Position numbers and translations under genes: made by a program. Of a stretch of 64,000 nt of DNA, positions 1-10,480 are shown piece by piece. Source of the stretch: Macrostomum hystrix (taxonomy: Eukaryota; Animalia; Platyhelminthes). The stretch's first letter is position 1; each line of letters begins with the position of its first letter. The stretch spans positions 4,898,001-4,962,000 of the forward strand of contig CATNEN010000029.1 of the NCBI GenBank assembly GCA_950097015.1, read 5' to 3'. Under the pieces are notes generated by a model. It did no database searches. It had not been told where the DNA came from and saw only the letters and a list, made by a program, of their open reading frames with translations.

Positions 1-1373
1 TTGTCGCGCTCATCGACCTCGACCTGCCAATAACCACTCTCCAGGTCGAGTGCCGAAAAGTAGGCGTTGCCTTCCAGCGCGTCCAGAGTGTCATCGATGC
101 GTGGGATCGGGAAAGCGTCTGGCTTGGTGACTTCGTTGAGCAACCGATAGTCCAAGCAGAACCGAGCTGTTCCGTCCTTCTTCTTAACTAGCACGATTGG
201 CGACGCCCATGGCGATGATGACGGTCGAATGACCCCCTTGGCCAGCATGTCGTCGACTAGCTCTGCCTGCTTGTCGATGACGGGGCGCGCCGCTCGTCGA
301 AGGCCCTGCCGAATCGGTTGTGCCACACCCGTGTCGATGCGGTGACGCAAGATGGCAGTCTGTCCGGTGCTGCCAGGTGACGCGAAGACGTCGGTGAACT
401 CCAATAGCAGCTCCTTGACAGACTGTTGCTCTTCAGCCGAGATGCTGGGTTCGATTTGGATGCTACTAAGCCATTCAGCTGGTGGGCGCGCCACTACTGA
501 AGCTGATGCTACGAATGTCATGTCTCTAGCAACCTTGCTGGCTGCAGTGGTCGCCACTGTCGCTGTTGAACCGACGACAGCCGCCGCTGTCGCCGATGAG
601 CCAGCGGGGGCTAAGTGGATAAGCGGCTGACTTCCTAATGGCGAGAAGTTACCGATGGCGTCACCGTCCGTGATGCTGATCATCTGGTCACTGATGTTGA
701 TTGCTGCCAACCCCATGCCACTGTCAGCAAGCTTTGCAATGCAGCGAGCCAGCAGAAGGCCTTGCCGCTTTGTCCCTGTGATGATGCCTGGGGCTGCTGA
801 CTGAGTCCAAGAGGTAGGCTGCGCTGGTTTGATGGGAATGATCCAGTGCTGTCCAGGCTGCAGTTGCACAGAGGCCGCTGACACCAGCCTGCAAGTCTGT
901 GGTGCTTCCTTGCTTTGCCGAATAGGGACTGAAACATTCACGCGATTGAATGTGATGCAGCCAGCTTGTAGGTGAATGGAGATGTCATGCTCACTTAGTA
1001 GGTCGCAGCCTAGGATGACTGATGCTGGATACAGCTTCTCTAGCACAACAAAACGATGCTGAATTCTCACAGTTCCAATCTGCAGTATCGCAGTTGTCTC
1101 ACCCAGCACAGGTTGTAAGTTTCCGTCCACGCCTTTGATGGTGATGTTGCTGGGCTGCAGCCGCCGCCTGGCCTTCTGACAGATGTTGGCACTGATGCAG
1201 GACACCTCTGCTCCGGTATCGATCAGGCAGTGGCGTCGTCGTCTGAAGATGCGCGCGGTCACGAAGCGTGCATTACTAGGCTGGCAGCTGCTGGGGCGTG
1301 GAACGGAGGCCAAATGTCTTAGTGCTGAGAGGGCCAGTGCTGGCCTCGTGGACCAGCCCCCTCGGCGTTTGGG
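1..1373 (-). CDS. pol: pol (aspartic protease, linker, N-terminal reverse transcriptase); -1 frame relative to gag, no ATG
   Basis: Manual translation gives LIDTGAEVS (protease site, ~1200-1227), VILGCDLL, GVIRPSSSPWASPIVLVKKKDGTARFCLDYRLLN, DAFPIPRIDDTLDAL and YFSALDLESGYWQV. Missed by the ORF track. Confidence 0.95.
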
Positions 1374-2512
1374 CAGTTGCGTCGGATGTGGCCTGGTCGA
1401 CTACAGCCGAAACAGACTGGGCCTGCAGCTACTGGCTGATGCTGCTCACGCCTCTCAGATGAGATCGGCCGCTGGTTAATAGGTTGCTTAGGCTGCACCG
1501 AAGCTTTAGGTGGCACTGGCAAGCTTTTTGGCAGAAACTCACTGCTAAATACTCGTCCTGATCCAGTGCTGCTACTGGCAGTAGCCATGTATGCCTGCGT
1601 CTCGCGAAACTGTTGGGCAATTCGCAGTGCTTGCTCCGCAGTCCCTGGCGGTACTGGCTGGTTCAGCAGTCTCTCCGTGACATAGTTGTCGTTGAGCCCG
1701 TGCATGAACTGCTCGAGGACCATCTGCTGTACGTAGGCTTGAGCTCTCACGTCCGGGTAGGCCCTTGCCGCCAATCGCTGTAGCTCCGTCAGGTATGTCT
1801 CGAATCGCTCTTCGGGGCGACGCTGCCGGGCACGGAATTCGCGACGAATAAGTGCAGCACTTTTCGAGCCACCGTGACGCGATCGGAGGTGCTCGACCAG
1901 GTTCTCGTAAGAAAGTTCCGGAAGCTGGTCCGGTGTTGTGCTCGGTGGGAGGCCAAAATGGGCGCACTGCATCGCCAGCCATGTGGTGTACGTTATGAAA
2001 GCAGGTCCCAGATAGGACGTCAGAGTACTGACCTTGTCTGAATCTAAAAGGCCGGGAAAACGGCCCATGTAGGCGCCAATTCGCAATAGGAAGTCATCAA
2101 AATCCTCTCGACCGTTGTACGCAGCAGGTTTTGGCACCGGCGGCAGGACACAACGCTGTGGCTGAACTTGATATTCTGACAACTGTTGGCAATGTTGCTG
2201 ATGAGGCGACTGGAAAAACGGGTGATTCAATGCTGGAGGATGCTGGTCAAACTGCGGCAGGAATGGGTTTGTCGATATTAATGAAACCGGAGCATGCCGC
2301 ATCTCTGTCTCTCGTACATTCTCGGATGACAGAAACGGGTTTGTCGCCTGGCCGGTAGAGTGATAGTGTGACCGCGCACTCATGGATTCAGATGGTTCAT
2401 AGAATGACGCTGCGGCTGCCGTGGCGTCAATAGCGTGCCCATTTTGACGTCTCACAAGTCGACCTCGGAGTTCCAAAAAATCGTCGTCATCCAGGTTCTG
2501 GTCGTTCCACAT
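1319..2512 (-). CDS. gag: retrotransposon Gag with CCHC zinc knuckle, 397 aa
   Basis: CFGCSRPGHIRRNC (C-X2-C-X4-H-X4-C); MHR-like RQRRPEERFETYLTELQRLAARAY; located between PBS and pol. Confidence 0.93.
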   Translation of the reverse strand: MWNDQNLDDDDFLELRGRLVRRQNGHAIDATAAAASFYEPSESMSARSHYHSTGQATNPFLSSENVRETEMRHAPVSLISTNPFLPQFDQHPPALNHPFFQSPHQQHCQQLSEYQVQPQRCVLPPVPKPAAYNGREDFDDFLLRIGAYMGRFPGLLDSDKVSTLTSYLGPAFITYTTWLAMQCAHFGLPPSTTPDQLPELSYENLVEHLRSRHGGSKSAALIRREFRARQRRPEERFETYLTELQRLAARAYPDVRAQAYVQQMVLEQFMHGLNDNYVTERLLNQPVPPGTAEQALRIAQQFRETQAYMATASSSTGSGRVFSSEFLPKSLPVPPKASVQPKQPINQRPISSERREQHQPVAAGPVCFGCSRPGHIRRNCPNAEGAGPRGQHWPSQH

Positions 2513-2521
2513 AATAGTAGA

Positions 2522-2537
2522 GCTGGCGTGGTCGCCA
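2522..2537 (-). promoter_or_regulatory. primer-binding site, probably tRNA-Arg
   Basis: Minus strand TGGCGACCACGCCAGC starts 2 nt after the LTR end; TGGCGACC is the usual Arg-type PBS. Confidence 0.8.
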
Positions 2538-2539
2538 AA

Positions 2540-2848
2540 TGTAGTATAACTGGGTTTGAAGGCCGCGAATTTAAACAGTTTTACTACAGCAATTTAACGT
2601 CTTCAGTTTACTCGCCGCGCAGCGCCTTACACTTACAATCGATTGCAGCGCGCTTTTCAAACTGGTGCGATTATATTTTAATTAGACAACGATTAAAATA
2701 ATTTATAATTAATATTTGCATTATTTTCAAGGGTCATAAAAGTAGAAATTAATAACATAATAATGTTATTTGCAATCGCTATAGTTACTGTATAGCAACA
2801 ATTAAATATTTAGCGCAATTTTAAAAGAACATTTCCAGCCGTACTACA
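2540..2848 (-). repeat. 5' LTR (~309 bp)
   Basis: Termini TGTAGTA...TACTACA form a 7-bp inverted repeat adjacent to the PBS. The second LTR and TSD lie outside the window. Confidence 0.8.
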
Positions 2849-3355
2849 TAAAATTTAAAATCGATATGTGTAATGAAATTATTGGTCGGTGGTCGCCATT
2901 TAAAATAAATTGTAAGACGTTATGAAAGGCTGTAAGCTTAATGTAATTTAATTAGTAATATAATTAGTGATAGGGCCTACTTCTCTGTTATATCAATTAC
3001 GCCGCTTTGCTGACGCACGCGCTTACAACCTAGAGCAAGATTAGTTAAAGGTGGTTATATTAATTATAATCTAATGTTCGAATCTTCTAATTATCTAAAC
3101 TTAGTGGCTAGTTCCGATGCGCGCGCGCGTGACAGAAAACCGGTTGCAACTGGTGTCACTTTAATATTTAACTTGTCAAGCGTAGTTTAAACAAATACTA
3201 AATACATAATTAATACAAACATCCGTACGAAAATACCGGTTATATGAGAAGATGATTAGCATAAATTTAGTTGTAATAACAGTACACAAGAAATATTTTG
3301 ATTTTAATAACAATTTAAAATAGACTAATTATTTCATTACATATGTTTTATCTTA

Positions 3356-3459
3356 TTCCAAGTTGAAGCGGCAAGCCTGGCGCGAACTGGGTGGCGCCGC
3401 AGAATCTTTCCAAGTTGAAGCGGCAAGCCTGGCGCGAACTGGGTGGCGCCGCAGAATCT
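3356..3459. repeat. 52-bp perfect tandem duplication
   Basis: TTCCAAGTTG...GCAGAATCT occurs at 3356 and 3408. Confidence 0.9.
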
Positions 3460-3871
3460 GACAGAAGCCGGACAGCTTGCTAGAGACCTGGCGCTGCGGC
3501 TGCTGCCGCTGGCAAGCCATCCATAATTGATAGTTTACTATTACAACTGCTACTACCACTGTTTCATACGTTTGTCTGTATAAAATTATGAGATATAATT
3601 TTAAGATATATCTCATAATCTTATAATCTTATAATCTTATAATCTTATAATCTTAAGATCTCTTGCCATTAGACTAATATAGCTTCTCTTAAGCGGTTGA
3701 GGCTAAGAAATTGTTCTCTGATATTAAATGCAAATATATAAATAAATGCAAGTATATATTGCTAACAATTAGCTATATATACTATACTATAATTATATAG
3801 TATATACTATAATTATATAGCTATAGCTATAGCTATAGGACAGCTATCTCGTCAGTGTGCCGTGCGGATAA

Positions 3872-3946
3872 GCAGGAAATTATTCCCATGGTACCGTAGG
3901 AATAAGACAAAAATTATTTCTACGGTACCGTGGGGATAAGCACTGC
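3872..3946 (+). other. long imperfect hairpin (26-bp stem, 8-nt loop)
   Basis: 3880-3905 pairs with 3914-3939 using three G:U pairs; GCAG/CTGC extends the stem. Confidence 0.7.
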
Positions 3947-5649
3947 CGCAAAGAAACACTATTTTGTGTATGCTTGATCTGAAATCGTATTATGTTAGAA
4001 TAACATTCTTTCATTATACAATCCCTTGAAAAGGACAGTTGAAGAGTAGGCCTAGAAAACAGACAAAACATTATCCAATCAATGTCACTGCAGAAACAGT
4101 TTTCTGGTTGTGTTTATTTGAAGTGTCTAGTTCAACCGAAACTGAGCAACCCAATAGAACCCTATATTCATTTTCGTGGTAAAATATTTTAAATGGAATC
4201 AATTTGTCAACTTATTCTTATAAAGAGCCTTTGAGGGGCCTCTGCCAGCAGTGCCTGCTACAACCTTGCAATGCAAGGATGGTCCTTAGAGTCAAGCGAC
4301 ATCATTCAGTGACATGCATTCCTGGTCCTGGCCACTTGCCTTTGGCTTGGTGAGGATTGGCCTACTGATTTCCTTGGGCCTGAGGACTGGGCCACTAAAT
4401 TGCCACATGCTGCCTGTTGTTTGGTTGTTTGCCAAGCCATTGCACTATCCCTGAATGAGCCTGACATATGGCAATAAGGGATAGATCTTGTGGTGCCTTT
4501 GTCACCACATTTGAAGTATTTGAAGCATTTGAAGTAGCATTTCAGTTTTTTTGCTTTCTTCCTACTTAAAATCTCCTAATATGCAGAGAGGTAGAAAGTT
4601 TTGCCTAAGGAATACAAATGTGTACCAGCTCTTTAAAAAAGTATAATTGTATGCATGGCACTTGCCAAAAAAAACAAAATTAGAAGCATTTTTTGTTGCA
4701 TTTTTTACAAATCCAACTAAACAATAATATATCCATGATAGATGGATAGGTTCATAGATATATGATATAAAAGGCAAGCCACACACAGTGCTTGGTGTTT
4801 TGAATTGCAGATTTTTGTTTTTTTGAGCGATGGTCCAGTTATTTTGCCAAAACTAGGCATTCTTCAGGTGTAGTGTATTTGATGAGTTAAAAAAATGAAC
4901 AGTTGAAGCAATCACTTATATATAAAGGAGGTTAATAACTGTATTAATGAATAGTCAGAATTGTTCATAAAATATTAGTTCACAGGCAAGTTAAAATTAA
5001 AATAGTAAATACTTTATTCAGTAAAAGTCATGTAAATAGTTGAGGTGAATTATCAGTCATTTATCAGTGGCTCAGGTAGCTTGGATGGAATAAAATGTCC
5101 TTTAGAGGGCCAGAGCATGGTACACAGCCATTGTGCTCAAGTCACTGGCATGATCAGTCATTTGCGTAATGAATGATGCAAAATCCAACCAATTGGATTT
5201 ATGTACAATGCGTCCAGAGTGGTCCCTACAAGGAATGATGATGGGGAGCATACATGCGCAACCTCCCAAATCTTAGCCGGCCGTGCGACTTAGTTTTTGC
5301 TCTCATTTGCGACTTAGTTCATTTCATTGCTCTATTTACGACTTAGTTTGCTCTCATTTGCTCTCTTTTTCTCTCCCCTTTTTCCTTTTCTTCATGCCTT
5401 CCTTTTTTGTCCCTTGGTCCCCCCTTTGATTTTTTTGCGCTTGGTCAATTGGTTTTTGCGACTTACCTTGCTTGGCCGGGTGTTGCGCATGTATGATGGG
5501 GAGGCTTGCACTATGGTTAGTGTCAATGGTGTTGAGGCCTGCAGGGGTCTGAGTGCAGGATCTTCGTTGCAAAGTGCAAGCTAAGGCTAGCACTTAGCAG
5601 ACTTCAGACACAGACTAAGTTCCATGTCTCTTCTCCTTCATGAAGTTGT

Positions 5650-7110
5650 CCATGAGCTATAAATTCAACAGACTATGGCCTGTAGAGTGAAAATGTCTTG
5701 AGCCTGGGGTGTCTTTTGCCAGTCTAATGTCGCTCAGGTGTGTTTGTAGTCGGACTTCAAGAGCATCTCCTGTCTCCGATGTCGACACAGTCATTACAAC
5801 TCCTGCATAGGATAGAGTGAACAAAGTTTCTGGAGTCGCAACGCACCTTCTGGCAGATTCTGTAAAGCATCTTGGTGGAATTTGATCATGGACAGATCTG
5901 TAAAAAATGGCCATGTTGACTGTCCACACAACAAGTTTCATTATTGTAGTTGCGGAAGCCTAAATAACACTGGCGGTCGGTAAATAAGCCAAGTTGGTTG
6001 AGAGCGGAGTACTTGGCATTCCGAATAGAGCGGACTGAGTGACCTTGTTTCTTTTAAATGTACATTAGACTTAATCTAGTGCGGTTAGTTAGTCAGAAGT
6101 TCCTGGCCGGGCGGGTCCGGGGGTCGGGTCCGCAGTGCCCGCAGGATGTCCTTGGTCGGAGCGGTGGCGATACTGAGCCAGCAGAGGCGAGTGGCCTGTG
6201 TGAAGTTCACTACAGTTATAGGAGGGAGCAAAAGTCTTACTCATGCTGGGGCCCTTGATTTGCCAAGAAACGACAGCCATTAAAAAATAAGTCATTTTAA
6301 TTAATTGCGATTGCTATTTATAGAAGTCTGAGTACTTGACGGTCCGGTCTGGATTGCAAAGGGAACTTATTAAACGCCTCCTTGACAGCGTTGATCCCTT
6401 TGTCAGTTAGAATGTTGGTACTCGTACTATACCAGATTCATTATCTTTACGTAACCAGGGAGACGGCAAATGTTAAACAACAAATCATTGATAATAGTTT
6501 GGATACAGTCGGTGTCACAGATGTAAGAATATAGCTTTCTTGAATTGGGTTGTAAAAAATAATCAATGATTTTCGCACTCATGTAGCTCTCTGAGCTGCA
6601 GTCTGAGACAATGGGCCTGTGGGTGGAATACCGGGAACAGACTAGGGGGCTGGGTCCTTCAGTGGCCAGGTAGAAAATCCTGTCCCTAGGTTTCAAGGGA
6701 GGAATCAACCGAGTAAACTGTTGGTTGGTGATTTACTTATCACTTCTGGGTTCCTGAAAGATTTCCCTAATCTCAGCGCTAGTTCTAGTTCTTAAGGCAG
6801 AATAGACAGGTCAGTAAAAATTTTTTTTTGAGAGTTTCCTGTTGGCTTATATGATTTAGGTATCCCTATCAAGAATGATCATGTTGCTGCCTTTGTCCGC
6901 TGGTTTGATGACAATGCAGCGATTGTTTTTGAGAGTCAGGAGCGCTTGTTTTTCGTCTGGTTGCAGGTTGTGTCTATTGAAAGCTGTACTAGGAACAGTT
7001 TCAAGAAATTCAAATAAAGTCAGGTGTAAATGGCACCTTTCAAAGCTTAAAGTTTGGAACGTGCATGCGGGTTGGGAGTATTGGACCGAGGAGTATTATA
7101 CTGCAAGCGC
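5650..7110 (-). mobile_element. degenerate Penelope-like retroelement (RT + GIY-YIG endonuclease)
   Basis: Minus-strand motifs in PLE order across stops and frameshifts: EKQALLTLKNNRCIVIKPADKGS, HRPIVSDCSS...IIDYFLQP, TNILTDKGINAV, QIKGPSMSKTFAPSY, then NFVHSILCRSC..IG(E)TGDALEVRLQTHLSDIR..SRHFHSTGH. Confidence 0.88.
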
Positions 7111-7509
7111 AGCGTTGCATTTGCGAGTTTAAAGCAATCCTCTTTTGTGATTTGCAATCGAGTCTTAAAAGTCGCTCGATCCCACTCGAGTTGGGGCAGG
7201 AACAAAGTTTTGTCTTTTTTCCTATATATAAATAATTATATAAATAGATTCATAGATGGAAACATGAATAGATATAGCATTTAGCCATGCTGGGTTGAGC
7301 CATATGTATAGCCAGTGGGACAGGCGAAGCTTTTGCATGGCTCTTCTTAAATATTTTAAACGGCTGTTCAGTCCACAGACTGGGGAGGCCACCATTTTAA
7401 AGCTAAGAGGAAAAAGACAAACATATTTTTGTTGCTCATTAAAAAATTATATAATTGCTCGTCCACCCACAGCTAAAAACGAGTTACTCTACTCCGCTCC
7501 ACCATCAGC

Positions 7510-7881
7510 ATGGCCCTATCTAAACGCCTCAACGTCCGACTGCCTCCAGAGGTGAATCGCATCCTGCTAGTGAAGAATCTGCCATTTAGCATCAGCGCCG
7601 AAGAGATGTACGACATTTTTGGCAAATACGGCGCCATTCGTCAGATTCGCGTCGGCAACACGCCGGAGACTCGGGGCACCGCTTTTGTAGTCTACGAAGA
7701 CATATTCGATGCAAAGAATGCCTGCGATCATCTGTCCGGCTTCAACGTATGCAATCGCTACCTGGTAGTGCTCTATTATCAGCCTACTAAGGTGCAGAAG
7801 AAGGTTAGCCTGGACACCAAGCGTGAAGAGATTGACCGGCTGAAAGCCAAATACGGTCTGGGTACGCCAAAGGCGCAGTAA
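7510..7881 (+). CDS. SF3B6: splicing factor 3B subunit 6 (p14), single exon, 123 aa
   Basis: [74 protein letters not shown] is the highly conserved p14 RRM; AATAAA near 8037. Confidence 0.98.
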   Translation: MALSKRLNVRLPPEVNRILLVKNLPFSISAEEMYDIFGKYGAIRQIRVGNTPETRGTAFVVYEDIFDAKNACDHLSGFNVCNRYLVVLYYQPTKVQKKVSLDTKREEIDRLKAKYGLGTPKAQ

Positions 7882-8349
7882 ACGCAAAACTATTTTAAGC
7901 AAAACTATTGAATATTTCTTGTTTCTCAATTTAATAACTAATTATCTCACTAATGCTACTGTAAAGTAATACCTATGCTTCAATCTTTGTGTTGTGTTTT
8001 TTGCTTTGTAAAATTTTAACTTTAGGAGAACACAAAAATAAATACATTGTACGTAGCTAATAGCACGGGAAATTACAGTTCAGTTTGCAACAAATAAATT
8101 ATTTTATTTTTTTACGAGTTCTGCTTTTTTAATGGTATCAAAGTTGATTTTGAGTCATATTTTGTATGTTGGGTATTTGGTTAATTTCTTTGTTGGTCTG
8201 TCGTTACCCTGTGACTTCCGGTTATTAAAATTTGTCAGTATTTCAACATTAATAGAATTAGGTGTTAATCGTTTTTCGTTAATGTGATTCAAAACATTCT
8301 ATCTTCTTTAAATGATATTAAGGGCGTTCTTTTTACCTGTAACGAGTTT

Positions 8350-8940
8350 TCGGACATTCCGTTTTCCTAGAATAAGATAAGAGACATTCCGTTTTCCTAG
8401 AATGAGATGAGAGACATTCCGTTTTCCTAGAATGTGATAAGAGACATTCCGTTTTCCTAGAATAAGATAAGAGACATTCCGTTTTCCTAGAATGAGATGA
8501 GAGACATTCCGTTTTCCTAGAAGGGGGTATGGGACATTTCGTTTTCCTAGAATAAGATAAGAGACATTCCGTTTTCCTAGAATGAGATGAGAGACATTCC
8601 GTTTTCCTAGAAAGGGGTATGGGACATTTCGTTTTCCTAGAATAAGATAAGAGACATTCCGTTTTCCTAGAATGAGATGAGAGACATTCCGTTTTCCTAG
8701 AAAGGGGTATGGGACATTTCGTTTTCCTAGAATAAGATAAGAGACATTCCGTTTTCCTAGAATGAGATGAGAGACATTCCGTTTTCCTAGAATAAGATAA
8801 GAGACATTCCGTTTTCCTAGAATGTGATAAGAGACATTCCGTTTTCCTAGAATGAGTTGGGGGACATTCCGTTTTCCTAGAGTGAGTTAGGAGACGTTCC
8901 GTTTTCTTGGAATGAGATTAGAGAAATTCGTTTTTTAGTT
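8350..8940. repeat. 30-bp minisatellite (~19 copies)
   Basis: Unit GAGACATTCCGTTTTCCTAGAATAAGATAA with variants. Confidence 0.95.
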
Positions 8941-9829
8941 TAAATTAAAGAATTCAATTTTCCTTAATTGAGAATAAGGCACATTCAGATTTTCTAGAAA
9001 GACGTTTGAATTGTATTCGATTTTCCTGCTCTTAGAATTAGGCAAACTCGCAGTCGACCTAGCAAATCATTTCAGCGGCGAAGTCTCGCACCCAGCCGGT
9101 CCGTGACAGGCGGAGAGGTCGCCACAACTCCAACCGGTTCAGGCAGGCCCTGCTACAAAGAGCTTGACTCGGACTGTGATTCGGATGAGGTTAGTGTCAT
9201 TATTATTTTCTACTATGAGTAGTTCGTTAGATTATGCTTTCATGTGTTTTGGTTTCTTAGAAAACTCTGTGGGAATTCGATCTCTCTTCCTGCCATCGCA
9301 TCTCCAATCCGTAGAATGGCCTTCAGTTTGGTTGCTATGCGGAAAGACCTCCAATTATTCCTCAACTCAGATTTTGACTTTCTCTCCTACTCGGTCGCAT
9401 AGAGTCGCTATATGGATGCGTTTTGTAGAATGGTGGGGTTTTTTGACGGGGCCGCCTGTATGCCACAAGGGATAAGAGCGAGAGTGCGGCACTGTCACGC
9501 GGCTGATAAGACGGCCCCAGTAATTAAGTCTGACTGGCTGCTGCTCTACGCTGTTACTACGCCGCCGATGCTCATTTCTCCTTATCCGCCTCAATCCGCG
9601 AGGCGACGTCCTGCCGCCCTGATTTCTCCAGCTCTTTAATCAGACCCTGAAAGCTTTGGCTGCCCAGTTAGGATTTTCATACAATCTCGAATTTTGCTGC
9701 GCGCTAAAAGTGGATCGAACTCTTCTCTGCCGTCTTTTATTTATCTTAAAAACTTTTGCTTTCGTGGTAAGGTGATTTAAGAGTTTTTAGAAATGCATTC
9801 TGTTTTTTTCTAATTCAGCTCTTCTGTGC

Positions 9830-10480
9830 TCAGATCTGCCTTTAGCTTTTCTGTTCTTGAGATCTGCCCTTGTCTCTTTTTTGTCTTAACTGTGTCCTTA
9901 GCTCCTCTGTCCTTATCACCTCTGTCCTTATCTCTGTCGTTAACTCCTCTGTCTTTATCTCTGTCCTTATCTCTGTCCTTAGCTCCTCTGTCCTTATCTC
10001 TGTCCTTAGCTCCTCTGTCCTTATCTCTGTCGTTAACTCCTCTGTCTTTATCTCTGTCCTTATCTCTGTCCTTAGCTCCTCTGTCCTTATCTCTGTCCTT
10101 AGCTCCTCTGTCCTTATCTCTGTCCTTATCTCTGTCCTTAGCGCCTCTGCCCTTATCTCTGTCCTTATCTCTGTCCTTAGCTCCTCTGTCCTTATCTCTG
10201 TCCTTATCTCTGTCCTTAGCTCCTCTGTCCTTATCTCTGTCCTTATCTCTGTCCTTAGCTCCTCTGCCCTTATCTCTGTCGTTAACTCTTCTGTCCTTAT
10301 CTCTGTCCTTAGCTCCTCTGTCCTTAATTCTTCTGTCCTTAGCTCTGTCCTTAGATCCTCTGTCCTTTGCTCTTCTGTCCCTATCTTTCTGTCCTTAGAT
10401 CTGCCCTGGTCTATTTTGTCCTTTAAGTGTGTCCTTAAGTCTTCTGTCCATAACTCGCGTGTCCACTTGCTTAGCTCTCC
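9830..10480. repeat. 12/15-bp pyrimidine-rich minisatellite
   Basis: Units CTCTGTCCTTAT and CTCTGTCCTTAGCTC; source of ORFs 9826..10398 and 9870..10484. Confidence 0.93.

Larger units (their letters stand above)
1..2848 (-). mobile_element. Ty3/Gypsy LTR retrotransposon, 5' part (LTR-PBS-gag-pol), truncated by window edge
   Basis: LTR with inverted termini, PBS, gag with CCHC knuckle, and pol in order protease then RT, open to base 1 with no stops in my manual translation. Confidence 0.96.

Noticed and set aside
4200-5640. Moderately GC-rich, exon-like patches downstream of the Penelope relic
   Set aside because: No recognisable motif in the frames I checked, and no consistent splice model.
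9085-9130. GGTCGCCA and CCGTGACAGG resembling an Arg PBS
   Set aside because: No adjacent CA-ending LTR, and the two parts are in incompatible orientation.
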